Assembly: GCA_045629065.1 (NCBI GenBank)
Contig: JAZQQK010000034.1
Coordinates: forward strand, 31,728-95,727
DNA from: Anaerovoracaceae bacterium
Lineage (GTDB): Bacteria > Bacillota > Clostridia > Peptostreptococcales > Anaerovoracaceae
Reading direction: 5' to 3'
DNA length: 64,000 nucleotides
Shown: piece after piece, positions 18,038 through 27,138 of the stretch
Layout: each line of letters begins with the position of its first letter
How positions within the stretch are numbered: position 1 is the stretch's first letter
The notes under the pieces: generated by a model
Database searches by the model: none
What the model was told of the DNA's origin: nothing
Seen by the model: the letters and a program-made list of their open reading frames with translations, nothing else
Translations under genes and position numbers: made by a program

Positions 18038-18046
18038 AATAGGTCC

Positions 18047-20650
18047 TTATTTATCAGTATTTTTCTTTAATTCTTCTAGTATTTTAAAAGCTTCTGATGG
18101 GGTTAAAGTCATTAGGTCAAGCTCACGAAGCTTAGCCAAGATTGGATCTGGAGTTAGATCAAACAAACTTAATTGTTCAGATTCATTAGTAGTTTTATTA
18201 ACCTTTTTAGGCGTTTGTGCTACTTCTCCACTCTCTAAATCTTGCAAAATATCCTCTGCTCTATTTAGTAGCGACTTAGGTATGCCTGCTAATTTTGCTA
18301 CGTGGATACCATATGAACGAGAAGCAGAGCCTGGGACAATCTTATGTAAGAATACAATATTGCCATCTGATTCAGATACATCAACATTTAGATTCTTGAC
18401 GCCGACGATCTCGTGCTCGAGGTCGGTAAGTTCATGATAATGAGTGGCGAAGAGTGTTCTAATGTGCGTGTCAGCGTTGCATAAGTGCTCTACTGAAGCC
18501 CATGCTATTGAAAGTCCGTCATATGTGGATGTTCCACGACCGATTTCATCTAGGATAATGAGAGATCTAGCTTTTGCTGAATTCAAAATGTATGAAAGCT
18601 CAGACATTTCAACGTAGAAAGTAGACTGTCCTTGCGCGAGATTATCAGATGCACCGATACGTGTGAAGATTCTATCAACTACGCCTATCCTAGCAGAATC
18701 GCAAGGCACGAAGCAGCCAGCTTGAGCCATCAAAACTATTAGGGCCGTCTGTCGCATATACGTGGATTTACCAGCCATGTTAGGACCAGTAATCAAAAGA
18801 AGTGACGAATCGTTATCATTGAGGTATGTATCGTTCGAAACGAATAAGCCATTCGACACACTCTGCTCGATTACGGGATGTCTTCCCTTCACGATCTCGA
18901 TTTCCATCGAGTCATCGATAGTTGGCTTGACATAACCATTCTTTTCACTTACCTGCGCGAAAGCTTGTATTACATCGAGTGTAGCAATCGCCTTTGAAGT
19001 CTGTTGGATTATATTAATATAACCTTCAATAAATTGCCTAATTTCAGTAAAAAGCTGATATTCTTTTTCGTTTATCTTAGCTTCAGCATTTAATACGAGA
19101 TTTTCCATCTCCTTAAGTTCTGGAGTTATGAAGCGTTCGCCAGTTGTGAGAGTTTGTTTACGAATATAGTTTTCAGGTACTTGATCGAGGAAAGATTTTG
19201 ATATTTCAATATAATATCCGAATACTCGAGTGTAACCGACTTTAATAGTTCTGATGCCAGTACGTTCTCTTTCCTTTTGCTCAAGGCTACTGATCCATTC
19301 TTTTCCGTCCTTAATACTAAACTTAAGGTCATCAAGTTCTTCGGAATAGCCCTTCTTTATGAGGGAGCCTTCTTTAATAGTAAAAGGTGGATCTTCTACT
19401 ATAGCTTTATCGATTAACTCATAAACATCTCTTAATTCGTCGATGTCGGAGTCGATATCTTTTAAAATTTCGGCGCTTAAACCACTTAGTTCATATTTGA
19501 TATCTGGTAATACTGCGATTGAATTTCTAAGAGCGATTAAATCTTTACCATTTGCGTTCCCAGAAGCGATTCTACCAGCTAGACGTTCAAAGTCATAGAT
19601 ACGCTTAAGAGACTCTTTTAGATTGTTTCTCACGAGAACCTCGCGATATAACTCCTCTACTCCATCTAACCTGTAATTAATCTCGGAGGAGCTATTAAGC
19701 GGTTCTCTTAACCAAGTGCGCATCTTACGTGAGCCCATGGCAGTATGTGTTTTATCCAACACACCTAAGAGTGATCCTTGAATCTTTTTATCGTAGAGGG
19801 TCTCAGTTATCTCGAGGTTGCGAATTGTCGCCTTGTCGAGAGCCATATGAGTACCAATCTCATAAATTTCTATGTTTGTAATCTGTTTTAGACTTTGCTT
19901 TTGTGTTTCTAAAAGATAGCTGAATAGAGCTCCAAGAGCCAAAACGATGTTTGGTCTGAAGTCGAGACCTATACCTGTTAAACCAATTACCTTAAATTGG
20001 GCAGAAATTAGGTCTTTGGCTGCTTTTTCTAGGTAATATGATGAATTGAGCGTTGTGATAAAAGAACCCGTTATTTGGGCAATTTCGTCCTTGCTATATA
20101 GATCATCTATTGCTTCATCCAATAAGATTTCGGAAGGATGAATTTTTACTAGTTCGTTAAGTAGCGTCTGGAACACATCTTGGCCGTTAAATTCAGTACC
20201 ATAGAGCTCACCTGTGGAGATATCGGAATAGCAAACTCCGAAGCCCTCCTCAGTTGCATAGACTGAGGCAATATAGTTGTTCTCTTTCTCATGTAAAATG
20301 GCTTGCGAAGTGATTGTGCCTGGTGTAACTACTTGAATTACATCGCGCTTAACTAGTCCTTTAGCAAGTGCCGGATCTTCTAACTGTTCGCAGATGGCAA
20401 CTTTATAGCCCTTCTCTACCATTTTTGAAATATATGAATCTGCTGCATGGAATGGAATTCCGCACATTGGTGCACGTTCATCCAAACCGCAGTTTTTTCC
20501 AGTTAATGTGAGCTCGAGTTCCTTTGAACCAATCAAAGCATCATCAAAAAACAGCTCGTAGAAATCGCCGAGACGGTAAAAGAGAATACAATCTTTGTAC
20601 TGCTCTTTGATTTCCATATATTGTTGCATTCCAGGGGATAGTTTACTCAT
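18047..20650 (-). CDS. mutS: DNA mismatch repair protein MutS
   Basis: 867 aa with Walker A TGPNMAGKSTYMRQ and DEIGRGTSTYDG. Confidence 0.97.
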   Translation of the reverse strand: MSKLSPGMQQYMEIKEQYKDCILFYRLGDFYELFFDDALIGSKELELTLTGKNCGLDERAPMCGIPFHAADSYISKMVEKGYKVAICEQLEDPALAKGLVKRDVIQVVTPGTITSQAILHEKENNYIASVYATEEGFGVCYSDISTGELYGTEFNGQDVFQTLLNELVKIHPSEILLDEAIDDLYSKDEIAQITGSFITTLNSSYYLEKAAKDLISAQFKVIGLTGIGLDFRPNIVLALGALFSYLLETQKQSLKQITNIEIYEIGTHMALDKATIRNLEITETLYDKKIQGSLLGVLDKTHTAMGSRKMRTWLREPLNSSSEINYRLDGVEELYREVLVRNNLKESLKRIYDFERLAGRIASGNANGKDLIALRNSIAVLPDIKYELSGLSAEILKDIDSDIDELRDVYELIDKAIVEDPPFTIKEGSLIKKGYSEELDDLKFSIKDGKEWISSLEQKERERTGIRTIKVGYTRVFGYYIEISKSFLDQVPENYIRKQTLTTGERFITPELKEMENLVLNAEAKINEKEYQLFTEIRQFIEGYINIIQQTSKAIATLDVIQAFAQVSEKNGYVKPTIDDSMEIEIVKGRHPVIEQSVSNGLFVSNDTYLNDNDSSLLLITGPNMAGKSTYMRQTALIVLMAQAGCFVPCDSARIGVVDRIFTRIGASDNLAQGQSTFYVEMSELSYILNSAKARSLIILDEIGRGTSTYDGLSIAWASVEHLCNADTHIRTLFATHYHELTDLEHEIVGVKNLNVDVSESDGNIVFLHKIVPGSASRSYGIHVAKLAGIPKSLLNRAEDILQDLESGEVAQTPKKVNKTTNESEQLSLFDLTPDPILAKLRELDLMTLTPSEAFKILEELKKNTDK

Positions 20651-20651
20651 T

Positions 20652-21461
20652 TTAATTTTGTGTTAATTCCTTATGTGATTGTTCTACAATTTTTTCAGGC
20701 AGTTCGGGGCTGAAATCGGCCGTTTTAGCCTCGTTTTTAGTGAGATATAACAAGTACTCAATATTTCCTTTTGCGCCTGTTACAGGGCTAAATGTGAGCC
20801 CTGACGGGTATAAATTATATTCGAGTGCATATTCGATAACCGTATTTATGACTTCGAGGTGAACTTTAGGGTCTTTAATAATTCCACCCTTACCCACTTT
20901 TTCTCTTCCGGCTTCAAATTGAGGCTTTACTAAGCAGACCATTTTACCAGTGTCAGGCTTTAATAACTCTGTAGCAACCGGAAAGATATGCTTTAGTGAG
21001 ATGAAAGAGACATCGACGGATATAAAATCTAGTTTTTCAAATTCGACAGGATTCACATCGCGGATATTAGTCTGTTCCATAACGACTACGCGCTCATCAA
21101 CCCTAAGCTTATATGCTAGTTGGTTAGTTCCTACGTCTACAGCATAGACTTTTGATGCTCCATTCTGTAACATGCAGTCTGTAAAACCACCTGTGGATGA
21201 TCCGATATCCATGCATACAGCACCTTTTAGGTCAAAAGGCCAAGTCTTTAATGATTTCTCTAGTTTGAGACCACCGCGGCTTACATAAGGGCAAGTATCT
21301 CCCCTCACCTCGAGCTCGCAGTCGACATCGACCTTTGTACCGGCCTTATCTTCCCTCTGACCTCCAACGAAAACCAGCCCAGCCATAATTGAACGCTGAG
21401 CTTTTTCACGTGATTCAAAATATCCTTTGCTGACTAGCAGTACATCTAATCTTTCTTTCAT
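20652..21461 (-). CDS. tlyA: TlyA-family rRNA 2'-O-methyltransferase (S4 + FtsJ domains)
   Basis: S4-like N-terminus RLDVLLVSKGYFESREKAQ and SAM motif DIGSSTGGFTDC. Confidence 0.85.
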   Translation of the reverse strand: MKERLDVLLVSKGYFESREKAQRSIMAGLVFVGGQREDKAGTKVDVDCELEVRGDTCPYVSRGGLKLEKSLKTWPFDLKGAVCMDIGSSTGGFTDCMLQNGASKVYAVDVGTNQLAYKLRVDERVVVMEQTNIRDVNPVEFEKLDFISVDVSFISLKHIFPVATELLKPDTGKMVCLVKPQFEAGREKVGKGGIIKDPKVHLEVINTVIEYALEYNLYPSGLTFSPVTGAKGNIEYLLYLTKNEAKTADFSPELPEKIVEQSHKELTQN

Positions 21462-23284
21462 ATTTTTTCGAATATCTTTTCTGCAGTTAGGCCATATTTA
21501 TCAGCGAGTTCATCAAAAGTTCCGTGCTCGATAAATTTGTTTGGCCAACCGAAGCTTTTAACCTTAAAATTTTTATTTGTTAAGGCTGCGGCAACAGTTT
21601 CACCGAAGCCTCCTTGGAGTGCATTATCCTCAATTGTGATTATGCGTTTAGCTTTATCATTAATAATGGATGTATCAAATGGCTTAACCTTTATGACTGG
21701 AGTAAGAACTGCGTCTTTACCATTAGCTCTTAATAGTTCAATTAGCTTCTCGCCAGTTTTTACCATCTTTCCACAAGCCAATACCTGAATGTTACCTTTT
21801 TTCTTGTCTTCCGAGTCGAAGTCGCATTCGAGACCGAGATTGACTTCTTGGAATTCGCCTCGTGGATATCTAACTGCACATGGCGAATTGAGTTTGAAGG
21901 CTTCATCAAGGCATTTCTTAAGCGACTCATTATCATACGGTGTGAATACAGTCATATTTGGTACAGTATTGAGATATGATAAATCGAATGTCCCTTGATG
22001 AGTTTCACCATCAGCACCGACTACACCAGCTCTATCAAGGGCGAAGACTACAGGAAGATTTTGCATTGCCACATCCATCATCATTTGGTCATAAGCCCTT
22101 TGAAGGAATGACGAATATATGAATACACAAGGCTTTAAACCTGCTTTAGCAAGACCTGCCGCAAAAGTGACAGCGTGCTCTTCGGCGATTCCGACGTCAA
22201 AATACCTTTCAGGCAATTCTAATGAGAAATCTTTGAGACCTGTGCCTAAACCCATTGCTGCAGTGACTGCGACAATCTTTTCATCTGCTTTGGCCAATTC
22301 TAGTATGTGAGTTCCAGCGACATCTGTGGCTGAAGGTCCTTTTTTAGTCTTTAATTCCTTACCTGTTTCTGGATCGAATGGGCCAACACCGTGGAATTTT
22401 CGAGGAAATCTTTCGGCGTTTCTATAGCCCTTACCTTTCTTTGTGATTACATGGATTATACATGGCTCATTAAGAGACTTCGCATTTTCCATTGTTTGAG
22501 TGAGTTTCTCGATGTCGTGGCCGTCAACCGGACCAAAATATGTGAGTCCCAACTCTTCGAAGAACTTGCCAGAATCATTCATGAGTGAGAACTTAACATC
22601 ATTCTTAAAATCAGCTAAGCCCTGAGCAACTAGAGTACCCACATCAGATGCTCCTGCAATCTTAGTCTTGATGAATTTCTTTGCTCCAAGATAATGTGAA
22701 GAGGTTCTAATTTCACCTAAATATTTTGATAAGCCACCGACATTCTTAGATATCGACATTCCGTTGTCATTAAGAATAATAATTACTTTTGACTTAGAAT
22801 AACCGAGCGCATTCATAGCTTCGTAAGCCATTCCACCCGTGAGTGATCCGTCGCCGATAACGGCAACGACTTCGTAGTTGTCTCCAGCAATGTCTCTTGC
22901 TGCTGCAATACCAGATGCGGCCGATATAGAATTTGAACTGTGTCCAGTATCAAAAGCATCATATATGGAATCATTTGATTTTGGGAAACCACTCATTCCA
23001 CCAAACTTCCTCATAGTGTCGAAGTTCTTTGCTCTACCGGTAAGAATTTTATGAACATAACTTTGATGTCCAACGTCAAAAATGAATTTGTCATTAGGAC
23101 AGTCAAAGACTTTATGTAATGCAATTGTAAGTTCTACAACTCCAAGATTTGAAGCAATATGACCACCAGTCTTTGATACTTTATCGATCAAAAACTCACG
23201 AATCTGTACGGCCAGGAGTTCGAGCTCGTCTTTTGACATTGTCTTTAAATCTTCAGGGAAATTGTATTCGGTAATCTTTTTCAT
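21458..23284 (-). CDS. dxs: 1-deoxy-D-xylulose-5-phosphate synthase
   Basis: GHIASNLGVVELT, ThDP motif GDGSLTGGMAYEA, 608 aa. Confidence 0.95.
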   Translation of the reverse strand: MKKITEYNFPEDLKTMSKDELELLAVQIREFLIDKVSKTGGHIASNLGVVELTIALHKVFDCPNDKFIFDVGHQSYVHKILTGRAKNFDTMRKFGGMSGFPKSNDSIYDAFDTGHSSNSISAASGIAAARDIAGDNYEVVAVIGDGSLTGGMAYEAMNALGYSKSKVIIILNDNGMSISKNVGGLSKYLGEIRTSSHYLGAKKFIKTKIAGASDVGTLVAQGLADFKNDVKFSLMNDSGKFFEELGLTYFGPVDGHDIEKLTQTMENAKSLNEPCIIHVITKKGKGYRNAERFPRKFHGVGPFDPETGKELKTKKGPSATDVAGTHILELAKADEKIVAVTAAMGLGTGLKDFSLELPERYFDVGIAEEHAVTFAAGLAKAGLKPCVFIYSSFLQRAYDQMMMDVAMQNLPVVFALDRAGVVGADGETHQGTFDLSYLNTVPNMTVFTPYDNESLKKCLDEAFKLNSPCAVRYPRGEFQEVNLGLECDFDSEDKKKGNIQVLACGKMVKTGEKLIELLRANGKDAVLTPVIKVKPFDTSIINDKAKRIITIEDNALQGGFGETVAAALTNKNFKVKSFGWPNKFIEHGTFDELADKYGLTAEKIFEKI

Positions 23285-24177
23285 TATTTATTTCTATCCT
23301 TTAACTCTAAAACTAGATTTCTAAAGAATTCAGCGTTGTCATAATAATTTGAAATGGAATTAATTGCGACATTTGTTAACTCATCTAAGCGTGCGATGGC
23401 TTTTTCCATACCGTTAATGTGTACATATGTGTTCTTATCAAACTTTGTATCCTGTTTTACGCTCTTTCCTAACGTCTGCTCATCGCCTGTTTCATCGAGA
23501 ATATCATCACGAATTTGGAAAGCAAGTCCGAGAGCTTCAGCATAGTTATCAAAGTCTTCAATCATCACATTTGTCGCATTTCCAAGGAATAATCCAGCAC
23601 GAATCGAAGCTCTGATCAATGCACCAGTCTTATTTAAATTAAGATAATCAAGCATTTCATTAGAATATTGAGTCTTTTCGCCCTCGATGTCGCACACTTG
23701 ACCAGCTACCATACCACGACATCCAGCACCTTTTGCAATTTCATACATTGCCTTAACCTTTTTAGTGAGTTTCTCTGGCTGATCGAAGTCGAGCATCATA
23801 TCTTTATTGATTGCTTCGAAAGCAGTTGTCAATAATCCGTCGCCTGCGAGTATAGCCATGGCTTCACCATATACTTTATGGTTTGTAGGTAATCCTCTCC
23901 TCAAATCGTCGTCATCCATAGCCGGTAAATCATCGTGAATCAATGAATATGTGTGGATATATTCAATCGCGCAAGCATAAGGAAGCGCTTCATATATGTC
24001 TCCTCCTGCAAACTCACAAGCCGCTAAAAGCAAAACTGGTCTGAGACGCTTACCTCCTGCGACTAAACTGTATTTCATTGCATCATAAAGTGTTATAGAT
24101 TTGTTGTCGATGTTTGGAATAAAGTCTAAAAGATGGTTTTCGACAATTGCTTTGTAGTCAACATAAGTATGTTCCAT
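23284..24177 (-). CDS. ispA: Farnesyl/geranyl diphosphate synthase (polyprenyl synthetase)
   Basis: FARM motif LIHDDLPAMDDDDLRRG and SARM motif FQIRDDILD. Confidence 0.85.
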   Translation of the reverse strand: MEHTYVDYKAIVENHLLDFIPNIDNKSITLYDAMKYSLVAGGKRLRPVLLLAACEFAGGDIYEALPYACAIEYIHTYSLIHDDLPAMDDDDLRRGLPTNHKVYGEAMAILAGDGLLTTAFEAINKDMMLDFDQPEKLTKKVKAMYEIAKGAGCRGMVAGQVCDIEGEKTQYSNEMLDYLNLNKTGALIRASIRAGLFLGNATNVMIEDFDNYAEALGLAFQIRDDILDETGDEQTLGKSVKQDTKFDKNTYVHINGMEKAIARLDELTNVAINSISNYYDNAEFFRNLVLELKDRNK

Positions 24178-24186
24178 ACTGCACCT

Positions 24187-24372
24187 CTACTTTTCAATAA
24201 CTTCGATTTTTTGCTTAGTATCCTTTAGAATGTCGTCACATTCTTTATATGCCTTAATTCCCTCTTCGTAGCATTTAATAGCTTCATCGAGAGTTGTTTC
24301 TGTGTCACGAATCTTTTCGGACATCTCTTCTAACTTTTTCATTGAATTCTCAAATGACATAGGCTTCTCCAT
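24187..24372 (-). CDS. xseB: Exodeoxyribonuclease VII small subunit
   Basis: 61-aa helical ORF (FENSMKKLEEMSEKI...), directly downstream of and overlapping xseA. Confidence 0.85.
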   Translation of the reverse strand: MEKPMSFENSMKKLEEMSEKIRDTETTLDEAIKCYEEGIKAYKECDDILKDTKQKIEVIEK

Positions 24373-25496
24373 TAAATTTCAAACTCTTTACTACCATCTT
24401 TGAATGTTATCTTGTATTTACCACTATTAAAGTCTTTTACCGAAGAAATAATCTTTCCATCAGCGTTTTCAAGCATCGAATAGCCTTTATTTAGAACTTT
24501 TTGTGGATGGTTTTCTTCTATTAACAGTTTCATCTTCTCAATCTCGTGCTCGTATTCGACGATACGGTCTTGTATTTCCGTTTGAATATCCTTGAAGATA
24601 CTGTCAATTCTTAACTGATCATATTTTACTTTATTATTGAGTTCCACTAATAAATCGTTTTTATAGTTTTCTACCTTGCGCATGAGCTCATTAATATCTG
24701 GAACAGCTATTTCAGCGGCTGCCGTAGGCGTTTCAGCCCTCAAATCAGCGACGAAATCAGATATTGTGAAGTCTATTTCGTGCCCTACGGCTGATATTAT
24801 AGGGATTTTAGAGTTATATATAGCTCTTGCTACTATCTCTTCATTGAAGGCCCAAAGGTCCTCAACAGAGCCACCACCACGACCAACAATCAGCGTATCT
24901 ATGTCGTTATAACGGCTGTCAGCATTAATCATATCGATAGTGGTTGCGATATCATAGCTTGCGCCTTCTCCCTGAACGAGTGTCGGGAAAATAATTATGT
25001 CAACAAGTGTATTTCTACTTGTTATTATCTTTTTTATGTCTTCTACCGCAGCTCCTGTATTAGAAGTTACGATTCCGACTTTCTTTGGAAAGCTTGGAAT
25101 TGGCTTTTTATGAGAAACATCGAATAAACCTTCCTTTTCAAGCTTATCTTTCATAAGTTGAAAAGCCATTGATAGGTTTCCATCACCTGCTACACTTATC
25201 GATTTAACGAATAAAGTATAGGTTCCACCTTTTTTATAGACATTAATTGATCCATCAATTATTACTTCAAGCCCATCGCCAAGCTCATATTCGAGATTTC
25301 TCACGTATGAAGCAGCAAAAAAGCAATTAATCTTGGAAAATTCATCATTAATGGAGAAATAAACATGGCCGGAACTGTGATATTTGAGGTTGGATATCTC
25401 TCCTACCACTGTAACTCGTCCCAATAAAGGATCAGTAGTCAAAACCCTTGATATGTAATCATTTAGTTGTGAGACGGTTACTGGTTTTAACGCCAT
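24372..25496 (-). CDS. xseA: Exodeoxyribonuclease VII large subunit
   Basis: N-terminal OB fold (TVSQLNDYISRVL...VVGEISN), a catalytic core and a coiled-coil C-terminus. Confidence 0.9.
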   Translation of the reverse strand: MALKPVTVSQLNDYISRVLTTDPLLGRVTVVGEISNLKYHSSGHVYFSINDEFSKINCFFAASYVRNLEYELGDGLEVIIDGSINVYKKGGTYTLFVKSISVAGDGNLSMAFQLMKDKLEKEGLFDVSHKKPIPSFPKKVGIVTSNTGAAVEDIKKIITSRNTLVDIIIFPTLVQGEGASYDIATTIDMINADSRYNDIDTLIVGRGGGSVEDLWAFNEEIVARAIYNSKIPIISAVGHEIDFTISDFVADLRAETPTAAAEIAVPDINELMRKVENYKNDLLVELNNKVKYDQLRIDSIFKDIQTEIQDRIVEYEHEIEKMKLLIEENHPQKVLNKGYSMLENADGKIISSVKDFNSGKYKITFKDGSKEFEI

Positions 25497-26413
25497 CTAT
25501 TCTTTCCTCCGAGTAAAGCAATGCCAACTGCATTGTCTGTTGAAAGTTTTGGATCCCCAAAAATAATGTTATATTCAGGGAATTTATTAGTAATATAGTT
25601 TCTAAGAAAGACGCTTGAACTTACGCCTCCAGAGAAAATAAAATCATTTATTTTGTATTTGTTTGCGAGCTGTTCTACCATCTTTGAAATAGCAACACAA
25701 ATTTCGAGCATCAAAGAACAAGCGATTTCTTTCTCGTCGTACTTCCCAATAGCATTTTGCGCTTGTGTTTCTATACCGGAAAGGTTAATTTCACTGTTTT
25801 CAACCTTAATCCTTGTGAATATGGGCTTAACTATTTCGCACTCTCTTGCAAGCCTATCTATTTCTTGTCCACATGGAAAGTCGTAGCCTAAAGCGACACC
25901 CACTCTGTCTAGTACTTGTCCAAAAGAAATATCTTTTGTCTTTCCTACGATCTCGTATCCATTATTGACCAGGATAGCTTCTGTCGTTCCGCCACTGAAG
26001 TGAAATGTGATAAAACCTTCTCTATCCTTTAGCTCAGTAAAGTGCCTAATAGCCTCAATATGGCCTTCCTGATGAGAAAACTTATAGCAAGGTATATTAA
26101 GACTTTGGGCAATTACTTTGCCGTAGCCCTCTCCTGCGAGGAAGCAAGGCATATATGAGCCCTCTACTGGTCTTGGACGAGTTGATACGGAGATGCAAGC
26201 AATATTATTACGATATTCATCATTAGCTAATATGCTATTAATTAATTCAGGCAATCTAGTATTGTGCTGAAAGAAAGCGTCGGATTGTCTAAGTCCTCTC
26301 TCGCCTCTTTTAACATCCAAAAATTGCTGAATATTAACTAAAACATTGCTCTTATCATCTACAAGTGCGACTGAAGTTTTATAGTTTGATGTATCAATAC
26401 CTAGTGAATACAT
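25487..26413 (-). CDS. TsaD/Kae1-like (peptidase M22/ASKHA) paralogue of unknown role
   Basis: LGIDTS, SHQEGHI (HxxxH metal motif), FSGGTTE, GQVLDRVGVALGYDFPCGQEIDRLA, SGGVSSS and STDNAVGIA align with TsaD, but it is shorter (308 aa) and divergent. Confidence 0.65.
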   Translation of the reverse strand: MYSLGIDTSNYKTSVALVDDKSNVLVNIQQFLDVKRGERGLRQSDAFFQHNTRLPELINSILANDEYRNNIACISVSTRPRPVEGSYMPCFLAGEGYGKVIAQSLNIPCYKFSHQEGHIEAIRHFTELKDREGFITFHFSGGTTEAILVNNGYEIVGKTKDISFGQVLDRVGVALGYDFPCGQEIDRLARECEIVKPIFTRIKVENSEINLSGIETQAQNAIGKYDEKEIACSLMLEICVAISKMVEQLANKYKINDFIFSGGVSSSVFLRNYITNKFPEYNIIFGDPKLSTDNAVGIALLGGKNRWR

Positions 26414-26802
26414 TAGAACTCGATCTTTCCTAAAACTGCATTGATGAACTTTGGTGATCTTTCATCAGAATATCGCTTTGCAAGTTCGATAGCTTCATTG
26501 ATAGCAACCTTAGTTGGAACATCATCAATGTATAAAGATTCAGCGATTGCAACCCTTAAAAGAGTAAGGTCAATCTTAGCTATTCTTGGAAGAGGCCAAC
26601 CCTTGCTGTTGTCATTAATCATAGTGTCAATCTTTTCTTTATTGACACGGATATTTGCAATCAGAGTTTTTACATACTCTTCTTGATCGCCTAGTTTCAC
26701 ATCTTTGATATATTTCTCAATATCTGGATTTTCAAAGTCATTTAATACTTCGAGCTGATATAAAATTTTAAATGCGATTTCACGCGCTTCTTTTCTAGAC
26801 AT
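26413..26802 (-). CDS. nusB: Transcription antitermination factor NusB
   Basis: 129 aa with SRKEAREIAFKILYQ and the NusB helical pattern. Confidence 0.9.
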   Translation of the reverse strand: MSRKEAREIAFKILYQLEVLNDFENPDIEKYIKDVKLGDQEEYVKTLIANIRVNKEKIDTMINDNSKGWPLPRIAKIDLTLLRVAIAESLYIDDVPTKVAINEAIELAKRYSDERSPKFINAVLGKIEF

Positions 26803-27098
26803 TATTTTTCCTTTAATTTCACACCTTCAACATGAATATTTACTTCATCAGGTGTTTTAGAAGTTATAGATTCAACGGTTTCAATGACAGCAGTCTGTAC
26901 ATTCCATGCGACATCAGGAATTTTCATACCATAATCAATAATTAAATCAATGTCATACTGTGAAATGTCCTGATCTTTATCGTATGAAACCTTAATATCT
27001 TTAAGTTCATTCACACCTTCAACCTTGCGAATTGCTTTTACCATGCTGGTTTTCAAGGCGTTTTTATTGAATTTTTGACTAGTGTTTAGATTATCCAT
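26802..27098 (-). CDS. Asp23/Gls24-family (alkaline shock) protein
   Basis: The Asp23 domain pattern (..AIRKVEGV.., ..NIHVEGV..) is present. The start is uncertain: the ORF track extends to 27176, overlapping the upstream gene and running through a GC-rich hairpin, so the ATG at 27098 is preferred. No start has a good SD. Confidence 0.7.
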   Translation of the reverse strand: MDNLNTSQKFNKNALKTSMVKAIRKVEGVNELKDIKVSYDKDQDISQYDIDLIIDYGMKIPDVAWNVQTAVIETVESITSKTPDEVNIHVEGVKLKEK

Positions 27099-27110
27099 AT
27101 ACGGTCTAAA

Positions 27111-27132
27111 GGCCCCGGTAAATGCCGGGGCC
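27111..27132 (-). terminator. GC-rich hairpin after the large redox subunit (weak terminator or RNA-stability element)
   Basis: GGCCCCGG-cattta-CCGGGGCC on the minus strand, 6 nt after the stop at 27139. The tail is only UUUAGA. Confidence 0.5.
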
Positions 27133-27138
27133 ATATGT

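Noticed and set aside
17877-18437. 186-aa plus-strand ORF spanning the mutL/mutS junction, with similar long antisense ORFs elsewhere (63111-63728, 42259-42615, 2083-2505, 668-1114, 16740-17180, 27890-28285, 29558-29953).
   Set aside because: All lie entirely antisense to strongly supported genes and lack an SD. Their S/T/L/F/P-rich low-complexity composition is typical of shadow frames. No family motifs were recognised.
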